From: Bacteroidaceae bacterium
Lineage (GTDB): Bacteria; Bacteroidota; Bacteroidia; Bacteroidales; Barnesiellaceae_A
Length of the DNA stretch: 64,000 bases
Assembly: GCA_017531985.1 (NCBI GenBank)
Contig: JAFXJY010000045.1
Span: 11,730-75,729 of the forward strand
Direction: 5' to 3'
The notes beneath the pieces were generated by a model that saw nothing but the letters and a program-made list of their open reading frames with translations, ran no database searches and had not been told where the DNA came from. Each line of letters begins with the position of its first letter. The stretch's first letter is position 1. Of this stretch, positions 57,804 through 64,000 are shown in pieces. The translations under genes were made by a program, and so were the position numbers.

Positions 57804-59579
57804 TTAAATAGCCGATGTGGCTTCGCGTAGCCATTCGCACTCTTCCATGGTAAGCGATGACTTGAGCTTGTCGTAGACCATGCGATGATAGTCGTTGATC
57901 CACGATATCTCATGGGGAAGTAGTATATTCATGTCCAAAGCTCGCTTGTCGAAGGGGAAGAGTGTTAAGGTCTCAAAGTGATAGAACTTGCCAAACTCCG
58001 TCTCCCGGCAGGGGGCGGTAAGAACGAGGTTCTCATGACGAATACCATACTCTCCTGCTCGATAGAGTCCCGGTTCGTTCGAAGTTATCATGCCCGGCAT
58101 GAGGGGTGTGGGGTTCTCTTGCAAGCGGATGCTTTGCGGACCTTCATGTACGTTGAGGAAATGTCCTACACCATGACCGGTTCCGTGTAGGTAGGTCAAT
58201 CCTTGTTCCCACATGGGCAGGCGTGCTACGGCATCGAGTTGAGCTCCACGTGTACCTTCGGGGAATTGGCATCGGGCAAGTGCAATATGTCCTTTCAATA
58301 CGATGGTGAAATCGCGTTTCTGTTGAGGTGTAAGCGAACCTACGGGGATGGTGCGTGTGATGTCGGTCGTTCCATCGACATATTGAGCCCCTGAGTCGAG
58401 TAGCAAGAATCCTTTGCGACGGATTACTGCATCGCTATCGGGGGTTGCCGAGTAGTGTACGATAGCACCATGCTCGTTGTAGCCGGCAATAGTGGCAAAA
58501 CTTTCGTCGACAAATAGTTCTTGCTCAGCTCGGAATGCTTTTAGTTGTTGTGCAGCACTCATTTCGGTAGCTTTTCCGCTGTCGATGTGGCTGTCAAGCC
58601 AACGTACAAAGCGAATGAGTGCAACACCATCGCGAACCATCGCACGTTGTATGCCGGCTATTTGAGTATCATTCTTGATGGCTTTAAAGAGAGTTATGGG
58701 ACTCTCTTGTCGGATGGTTGGCGACGATAGCTTATTATATAATGTGTAATTGAGTCTTGCGGGATTGATGCTTACTGTCTTGTCGTGGAGTGTAGATGCG
58801 AAATCGAATACCTCTTGATAAGGGCGTTGCTCTATGCCCATTTTTTGCAAGTAGTCTTTGTTTTGTTCATTGAGTTTCTTTTCGTCGACAAACAAGATGC
58901 GTCGAGCATCGTCGATGTAAGCGTATGCGTAAGTGAGTGGATTGTAGGGAATGTCGTTACCTCTGATATTAAACAACCATGCGATTTCGTCGAGTGCCGA
59001 GATGAGCAAGGCATCGGCTCCATTTTGATGTATCGATTGCATGACACGTTGGAGCTTTGAATGGGTACTCTCACCGCTATACTTCTCGTCGTGAATGTAG
59101 AAAGGATTGCGAGGTAGGGCAGGGCGTTCGTCCCATATCAGGTCGAATGGTGTGAAATCAGTAACAAGTTTTATACCATGACGCTCGAAGAATGATATCA
59201 TAGCTTCGACGGTCGAAACATCGAATAAAGTGCCATCGATGGCAATAGTCGAAGAGTCGTGTAAGGACGAAGCCAGCCATTCGATGTAGGAGGGTGTTGA
59301 GGGAAGTCCATCCTTAAACAGTGTGAAGCCACTCTCGGATAATTGCTCTTCGGCTTGTATGAAATACCGCGAGTCGGTCCACAATCCGGCTGCATCGGTT
59401 GTAACCACAGCAGTACCGGCCGAGCCGTTGAAGCCACTGATCCATGTGCGACAAGCCCAATGATGAGCGTAGTATTCACTCTGATGAGGATCGGTTCCCG
59501 GGATGATAAGTGCGTCGATGTTGTTCGATGCCATAATGGCACGCAGTGATGTAAGTCGAGGTAATGTTTCTTTACTCAT
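57804..59579 (-). CDS. M24B aminopeptidase P family protein (Xaa-Pro aminopeptidase)
   Basis: 591 aa. Motifs HGTGHGVGHFLNVHEGP, ITSNEPGLY and IRHEN. Confidence 0.85.
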   Translation of the reverse strand: MSKETLPRLTSLRAIMASNNIDALIIPGTDPHQSEYYAHHWACRTWISGFNGSAGTAVVTTDAAGLWTDSRYFIQAEEQLSESGFTLFKDGLPSTPSYIEWLASSLHDSSTIAIDGTLFDVSTVEAMISFFERHGIKLVTDFTPFDLIWDERPALPRNPFYIHDEKYSGESTHSKLQRVMQSIHQNGADALLISALDEIAWLFNIRGNDIPYNPLTYAYAYIDDARRILFVDEKKLNEQNKDYLQKMGIEQRPYQEVFDFASTLHDKTVSINPARLNYTLYNKLSSPTIRQESPITLFKAIKNDTQIAGIQRAMVRDGVALIRFVRWLDSHIDSGKATEMSAAQQLKAFRAEQELFVDESFATIAGYNEHGAIVHYSATPDSDAVIRRKGFLLLDSGAQYVDGTTDITRTIPVGSLTPQQKRDFTIVLKGHIALARCQFPEGTRGAQLDAVARLPMWEQGLTYLHGTGHGVGHFLNVHEGPQSIRLQENPTPLMPGMITSNEPGLYRAGEYGIRHENLVLTAPCRETEFGKFYHFETLTLFPFDKRALDMNILLPHEISWINDYHRMVYDKLKSSLTMEECEWLREATSAI

Positions 59580-59833
59580 ACATTATTAATATATATTGTG
59601 GGTGCAAATATACTCTTTTTGTTTCAAATGTAGTGCGATATGATTCATTTTTGGTTATAGAAACAACCTTTGAGAGGACAAAAGAGTTGAGCCAAGCCAC
59701 TATTAAAGGTAAAAAATGAGAAAAAATGAGCGATTTTGTGCTTGGATGTTTTGTTATTCAAGAAACAATGTGTAATTTTGTCCCCACATTTTGCGAAAGT
59801 AAAAAGAAATTTAAAAATAATATAATTACAACT

Positions 59834-60025
59834 ATGATCGTAGTACCCGTAAAAGAAGGCGAAAACATTGAAAAAGCCTTGAAAAAATTTAAAAGAAAAT
59901 TTGAGAAAACTGGTGTAGTAAAAGAACTCCGTAGCCGTCAAGCTTTTGAAAAGCCGTCAGTTACAAATCGTAAGAAGATGATGCGTGCTATCTACGTTCA
60001 ACAACTTCACAGTGCAGAGGATTAA
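59834..60025 (+). CDS. rpsU: 30S ribosomal protein S21
   Basis: The ORF track begins at 59726; I place the start at ATG 59834 (MIVVPVKEGENIEKALKKFKRKFEKTGV). Confidence 0.92.
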   Translation: MIVVPVKEGENIEKALKKFKRKFEKTGVVKELRSRQAFEKPSVTNRKKMMRAIYVQQLHSAED

Positions 60026-60098
60026 ATTTTTGCTAAAAAATTTGCATTTCTCGAAACAACTTCTTATATTCGTAGCGTTGGTAATTTAACTCGCTGCT

Positions 60099-61286
60099 AT
60101 GAATATCGAAAAGTTTCTAAGGTATCTGCGGTATGAGAAGAATTACTCTTCTTATACCGTTTTGTTTTATCGGAGGGATTTGGAACAGTTCATAGCGTTT
60201 CGCAGAGAGCTGCGGAATGATGCCGATCGGATGCCGGTTGAGGGCGATGATATTCGTAACTGGATAATGTCGCTTAGTGAGCAGGGATTGTCGTCGCGAA
60301 CCATTAGTCGTAAAATATCGGCCTTGCGGTCCTATTATAAATATGTATCAACTCAGGATACTGATGCCGAGAATCCGACGTTGGGGATAAAATTGCCAAA
60401 GACCCGGAAGCGATTGCCTTCGTTCGTTCGAGCCGAAACAATGCAAAAATTGTTGTCGGAACCCGTGACAGGAACTGATTTTATATCGGTGCGTGACAGA
60501 CTGATATTAGCAATGTTCTATGAGACCGGGATGAGACGGGCGGAGTTGATAGGTCTGCAAGACGTGGCGGTGGATAATGCTGCGTGTGAATTGCGAGTGT
60601 TGGGTAAGCGAAATAAAGAGCGTGTTATACCCTACGGCAGTCACTTGCGTGACGATATAGAGTTGTATAGGTCGTTAAGACAGGAATGTGTGGGGGATTG
60701 TAAAGCGTTCTTTGTACGCCTCGATGGACGACCATTGTACGATAAGCTTGTATATCGCATTGTGAAGGATACTCTTAAAGGGGTATCGACCTTGATGCAA
60801 AAAAGCCCGCACATACTGCGACATAGTTTCGCATCGGTAATGCTGAACGAAGGAGCCGGTATCAACAGCGTGAAAGAACTTTTGGGTCATAGTTCACTTG
60901 CATCGACAGAAGTTTATACACATATAACTTTTGAAGAGTTGAAACAAAATTACAAACAAGCCCATCCAAGGGCAGAAAAAAAGGAGGACATTATGGAAGT
61001 AAGAATTCAAGCGATTCATTTCGACGCAACAGCACAACTCGAATCATTTATCCAAAAGAAAGTTACTAAGTTGAGTCGTTTCCATGACGGTATAATGAGT
61101 GCCGAAGTAACATTGAGAGTGGTGAAGCCCGAAACTTCGATGAATAAAGAAGTGTCGCTCAAATTACTTTTGGCCGGTGACGAAGATCTCTTTTCGAGCA
61201 AAGTGGCCGATACTTTTGAGGAGGCAGTAGACCTCGCTGCGGAGGCTTTAGAACGTCAATTGGAGCGTTCAAAGAAAAAAAAGTAA
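60099..61286 (+). CDS. xerC: XerC/XerD-type tyrosine recombinase ORF that runs in frame, without a stop, into the hpf coding sequence (fusion or homopolymer artefact)
   Basis: 395-aa ORF. Residues 1-298 are recombinase (ETGMRRAEL, HILRHSFAS, LLGHSSLASTEVYTH) and end at the usual ...QAHPRA terminus. EKKEDI and the HPF sequence follow. An A7 run lies at 60976-60982. Confidence 0.75.
   Translation: MNIEKFLRYLRYEKNYSSYTVLFYRRDLEQFIAFRRELRNDADRMPVEGDDIRNWIMSLSEQGLSSRTISRKISALRSYYKYVSTQDTDAENPTLGIKLPKTRKRLPSFVRAETMQKLLSEPVTGTDFISVRDRLILAMFYETGMRRAELIGLQDVAVDNAACELRVLGKRNKERVIPYGSHLRDDIELYRSLRQECVGDCKAFFVRLDGRPLYDKLVYRIVKDTLKGVSTLMQKSPHILRHSFASVMLNEGAGINSVKELLGHSSLASTEVYTHITFEELKQNYKQAHPRAEKKEDIMEVRIQAIHFDATAQLESFIQKKVTKLSRFHDGIMSAEVTLRVVKPETSMNKEVSLKLLLAGDEDLFSSKVADTFEEAVDLAAEALERQLERSKKKK
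60993..61286 (+). CDS. hpf: ribosome hibernation factor (HPF/RaiA family, short form)
   Basis: 97 aa from the internal ATG 60993, which is preceded by AAGGAGGACATT. Sequence MEVRIQAIHFDATAQLESFIQKKVTKLSRFHDGIMSAEVTLRV... Confidence 0.8.
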   Translation: MEVRIQAIHFDATAQLESFIQKKVTKLSRFHDGIMSAEVTLRVVKPETSMNKEVSLKLLLAGDEDLFSSKVADTFEEAVDLAAEALERQLERSKKKK

Positions 61287-61316
61287 TAGTTTGATGAAAA
61301 AAATAATGAAAATATT

Positions 61317-61346
61317 TTTGTGGATTAAAAATTATATCTAACTTTG
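61317..61346 (+). promoter_or_regulatory. candidate promoter of the tRNA(Thr-Tyr-Gly-Thr)-tuf operon (TTTG-N18-TAACTTTG)
   Basis: TTTG at 61317-61320 and TAACTTTG at 61339-61346. The core at 61325-61350 matches 23/26 nt of the small-lipoprotein promoter (6095-6070, minus strand). Confidence 0.5.
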
Positions 61347-61389
61347 CACTCGCTTAGCTCTAATAGTGTTGTTAAGCGAGTGTATATAT

Positions 61390-61463
61390 GCCTCTTTAGC
61401 TCAGTTGGCCAGAGCACGTGATTTGTAATCTCGGGGTCGTTGGTTCGAATCCGACAAGAGGCT
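61390..61463 (+). tRNA. tRNA-Thr (anticodon TGT)
   Basis: Hand-folded. Acceptor stem GCCTCTT/AAGAGGC. Anticodon loop TTTGTAA. T arm GTTGG-TTCGAAT-CCGAC. One U-U mismatch in the anticodon stem. Confidence 0.88.
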
Positions 61464-61486
61464 CAAAAGAAAAGTAATGCACTTTC

Positions 61487-61569
61487 GGGCGAATACCAGA
61501 GTGGCCAAATGGGGCAGACTGTAAATCTGCTGGTTTTTACCTTCGGTGGTTCGAATCCATCTTCGCCCA
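61487..61569 (+). tRNA. tRNA-Tyr (anticodon GTA)
   Basis: Acceptor stem GGGCGAA/TTCGCCC. Anticodon arm GCAGA-CTGTAAA-TCTGC. Long variable arm. 83 nt. Confidence 0.9.
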
Positions 61570-61575
61570 CGCATT

Positions 61576-61648
61576 GCGGAAGTAGCTCAGTCGATAGAGC
61601 ATCAGCCTTCCAAGCTGAGGGTCGCGGGTTTGAGCCCCGTCTTCCGCT
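61576..61648 (+). tRNA. tRNA-Gly (anticodon TCC)
   Basis: Acceptor stem GCGGAAG/CTTCCGC. Anticodon arm TCAGC-CTTCCAA-GCTGA. The T loop reads TTTGAGC and the D loop reads AGTCGATA (see finding). Confidence 0.88.
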
Positions 61649-61657
61649 CAAAATAAT

Positions 61658-61729
<72 letters not shown>

Positions 61730-61765
61730 CGAAAGAAAACTATAACATTAAATTAGAACAAAACT

Positions 61766-62950
61766 ATGGCAAAAGAAACATTCCAACGGACCAAACCGCA
61801 CGTGAACATAGGTACTATCGGTCACGTGGACCACGGAAAGACCACTCTTACAGCTGCTATCACTACTGTGCTTGCTTCTAAGGGTCTTTCAGAGTTGAAG
61901 TCATTTGACCAAATTGACAACGCTCCCGAAGAAAAAGAGCGTGGTATTACTATCAATACTTCGCACGTTGAGTATCAAACAGAGAACCGTCACTATGCAC
62001 ACGTTGACTGCCCTGGACACGCAGACTACGTTAAGAACATGGTAACTGGTGCTGCTCAGATGGACGGTGCTATCATCGTTGTTGCTGCAACTGATGGTCC
62101 TATGCCTCAAACTCGTGAGCACATCCTTTTGGCTCGTCAGGTGAACGTTCCTCGCTTGGTTGTTTTCTTGAACAAATGCGATATGGTTGATGATGAGGAA
62201 ATGCTCGAACTCGTAGAAATGGAGATGCGTGAGCTTCTCGATAAATATGAGTATGACGGCGACAATACTCCTATCATCCGCGGTTCTGCTCTTGGTGGTC
62301 TTAACAACGAGGCTCAATGGGTAGACAAGATTATGGAGCTTATGGATGCTGTTGATACTTGGATTCCTCTGCCTCCCCGTGATATCGATAAACCTTTCTT
62401 GATGCCCGTTGAAGACGTATTCTCGATCACTGGTCGTGGTACTGTTGCTACTGGTCGTATCGAAACAGGTGTTGTTAAGGTAGGTGATGAGGTTCAAATC
62501 ACAGGTCTTGGTGCTGATCGTAAATCAGTTGTAACAGGTGTTGAGATGTTCCGTAAACTTCTCGATCAAGGTGAAGCTGGTGATAACGTAGGTCTCCTTC
62601 TCCGTGGTATCGACAAGAACGAAATCCGTCGTGGTATGGTTATCTGCCACCCCGGACAGGTTCATCCTCACTCTGAATTCAAGGCTTCTGTTTATATCTT
62701 GAAGAAAGAAGAAGGTGGTCGTCACACTCCTTTCCACAATCACTATCGTCCTCAATTCTACATCCGTACGCTCGACGTAACTGGTGAGATTACTCTCCCC
62801 GAGGGTGTAGAAATGGTAATGCCCGGTGATAACGTTGAAATCGTTGTAAAACTTATCAACCCCGTAGCTTGTGATAAGGGTCTCCGTTTCGCTATCCGCG
62901 AAGGTGGTCGTACAGTAGGTTCGGGTCAAATCACTGACATTCTCGACTAA
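61766..62950 (+). CDS. tuf: elongation factor Tu
   Basis: 394 aa. Motifs [18 protein letters not shown] and NKCD. Confidence 0.98.
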   Translation: MAKETFQRTKPHVNIGTIGHVDHGKTTLTAAITTVLASKGLSELKSFDQIDNAPEEKERGITINTSHVEYQTENRHYAHVDCPGHADYVKNMVTGAAQMDGAIIVVAATDGPMPQTREHILLARQVNVPRLVVFLNKCDMVDDEEMLELVEMEMRELLDKYEYDGDNTPIIRGSALGGLNNEAQWVDKIMELMDAVDTWIPLPPRDIDKPFLMPVEDVFSITGRGTVATGRIETGVVKVGDEVQITGLGADRKSVVTGVEMFRKLLDQGEAGDNVGLLLRGIDKNEIRRGMVICHPGQVHPHSEFKASVYILKKEEGGRHTPFHNHYRPQFYIRTLDVTGEITLPEGVEMVMPGDNVEIVVKLINPVACDKGLRFAIREGGRTVGSGQITDILD

Positions 62951-62967
62951 TAATACAACAAGTCAAT

Positions 62968-62998
62968 ATATCGCTCTTCCCTTCGGGGAGAGCGATAT
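62968..62998 (+). other. stem-loop with CUUCGG tetraloop between tuf and tRNA-Trp
   Basis: ATATCGCTCT (62968-62977) pairs with AGAGCGATAT (62989-62998). Inner CCC/GGG pairs close a TTCG loop. No T run follows, and the tRNA starts 4 nt later. Confidence 0.6.
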
Positions 62999-63001
62999 TA
63001 T

Positions 63002-63074
63002 ACGGGTTTAGCTCAGTTGGTAGAGCATTGGTCTCCAAAACCAAGTGTCGGGAGTTCGAGTCTCTCAACCCGTG
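63002..63074 (+). tRNA. tRNA-Trp (anticodon CCA)
   Basis: Acceptor stem ACGGGTT/AACCCGT. Anticodon arm TTGGT-CTCCAAA-ACCAA. T arm GGGAG-TTCGAGT-CTCTC. Confidence 0.9.
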
Positions 63075-63091
63075 CTGAAAAATAAACGATT

Positions 63092-63289
63092 ATGAAAAAT
63101 TTCAAAATACTTGCTGATATACAAGACTCATATAATGAACTTGTTCATAAAGTGTCTTGGCCAACGCAAAAGGAGCTTGCGAGTAGTGCTGTGGTAGTAA
63201 TGTTTGCTTCCCTTATTATCGCTGCAGTAGTTTTCGTGATGGATTCTTGTTTGAGATTCATCATGGAAGGCATTTACGGTATGTTTTAA
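63092..63289 (+). CDS. secE: preprotein translocase subunit SecE
   Basis: 65 aa with a single C-terminal TM helix (SSAVVVMFASLIIAAVVFVM). Conserved position between tRNA-Trp and nusG. Confidence 0.88.
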   Translation: MKNFKILADIQDSYNELVHKVSWPTQKELASSAVVVMFASLIIAAVVFVMDSCLRFIMEGIYGMF

Positions 63290-63304
63290 TTCGGAGGTAA
63301 GTCA

Positions 63305-63853
63305 ATGTCTGAAGAGAAGAGAGAGTGGTACGTTCTTCGTGCCATAAGTGGTAAAGAGGCTAAGGTAAAGGAGTTGCTTGATGCTGAAATCAAGAATACC
63401 GACCTTGGTCGCTATGTTTTTCAGGTCTTGATTCCTACTGAAAAAACGTATGTTGTACGTAATGGAAAAAAGGTTATGAAAGAGCGTAATCTTTATTCCG
63501 GTTATGTCTTTGTCGAAGCTATCTTGGTAGGTGAAGTTGTTCATAAACTTCGTAATACTACCAATGTGATTGATTTCCTTGGTGCTGATAAGAAATCGAG
63601 TAAGCCGGTTCCTTTGCGTCCGAGCGAAGTTAGTCGCATGTTGAATGGTGCTGACGAAATGCCCGAAAGTGACTTGGATTATGTTGACTATGTAGTAGGT
63701 GAAACTGTGAAAGTTTGCTACGGACCTTTCAGTGGTTTTGTTGGTGTTATCGAAGAAGTTGATAATGCTAAGAAGAAGTTGAAAGTTATGGTCAAGATAT
63801 TCGGTCGTAAAACTCCCCTTGAGTTGGAAAATTCACAAGTCGAGAGAGAATAG
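63305..63853 (+). CDS. nusG: transcription termination/antitermination factor NusG
   Basis: 182 aa. NGN domain (WYVLRAISGKE) and KOW motif (GETVKVCYGPFSGFVGVIEEV). Confidence 0.95.
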   Translation: MSEEKREWYVLRAISGKEAKVKELLDAEIKNTDLGRYVFQVLIPTEKTYVVRNGKKVMKERNLYSGYVFVEAILVGEVVHKLRNTTNVIDFLGADKKSSKPVPLRPSEVSRMLNGADEMPESDLDYVDYVVGETVKVCYGPFSGFVGVIEEVDNAKKKLKVMVKIFGRKTPLELENSQVERE

Positions 63854-63902
63854 TGGTTACGCATTAAGCTCTCGGATTTAAACAAATCTAAAAATTAAAA
63901 CA

Positions 63903-64000
63903 ATGGCTAAAGAAATTGCTGGACAGATCAAATTGCAGATCAAGGGTGGTGCAGCCAATCCCTCTCCCCCAGTAGGACCTGCCTTAGGTTCTAAGGGTAT
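63903..64000 (+). CDS. rplK: 50S ribosomal protein L11 (5' part, truncated by the window end)
   Basis: Not in the ORF track. The ATG at 63903 gives [32 protein letters not shown]... Confidence 0.92.
   Translation, partial: MAKEIAGQIKLQIKGGAANPSPPVGPALGSKG

Noticed and set aside
61347-61382. 10-bp stem hairpin CACTCGCTTA...TAAGCGAGTG between the tRNA operon promoter and tRNA-Thr
   Set aside because: The predicted TSS falls inside the left arm, so the hairpin would not be fully transcribed from that promoter. No T run follows it, so it is not a clear hpf terminator either. The evidence is too ambiguous to call.
61901-62929. Antisense ORFs opposite tuf (198 aa and 134 aa)
   Set aside because: They are shadows of a highly biased, highly conserved gene.

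Overview
This is a 64-kb chromosomal segment of a Bacteroidales-type genome. The lineage call rests on TTTG/TAnnTTTG promoter boxes, several proteins with type IX secretion (T9SS) C-terminal domains, and the conserved block rpsU-xerC-hpf-tRNA(Thr,Tyr,Gly,Thr)-tuf-tRNA(Trp)-secE-nusG-rplK at the right end. Coding density is high, with about 50 protein genes, and most are housekeeping: uvrA, mtaB, rnhB, nnr, hpt, adk, acpP-fabF-rnc, aroB, ald, ribF, an lpxH-like gene, parE, coaD, an S41 protease, an M24 peptidase and tuf. There are 6 tRNAs. I found no rRNA, no CRISPR array, no transposase or phage gene, and no recognisable defence cassette. Accessory-looking content: (1) six T9SS-sorted proteins: an S8 protease, a 12.6-kb array (842-aa seven-repeat protein, M6 InhA-like metalloprotease, 2230-aa adhesin-like giant) downstream of a TPR-TM-LuxR regulator, and a second pair after tRNA-Pro; (2) a four-gene operon of steroid 5-alpha-reductase, OYE flavin reductase and two SDRs, which resembles the gut Bacteroidota allo-bile-acid cluster. 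The ORF track does not explain several things: (a) a dispersed MITE-like inverted-repeat element family, with four copies and one solo end, all intergenic; two of the copies bracket a porin-like gene; (b) an in-frame xerC-hpf fusion that hinges on an A7 homopolymer; (c) a stand-alone 66-aa lipoprotein with three CDSC motifs whose promoter core nearly matches that of the tRNA/tuf operon; (d) a promoter plus strong terminator upstream of ribF (sRNA or attenuator); (e) two truncated edge genes (MalQ-like at the left, rplK at the right). I cannot show that any of these is a truly undescribed system; the repeat family and the regulator-linked T9SS array are the best leads. All family calls come from motif recognition and memory. 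All hairpin and repeat coordinates were derived by hand, and no alignments or searches were run.
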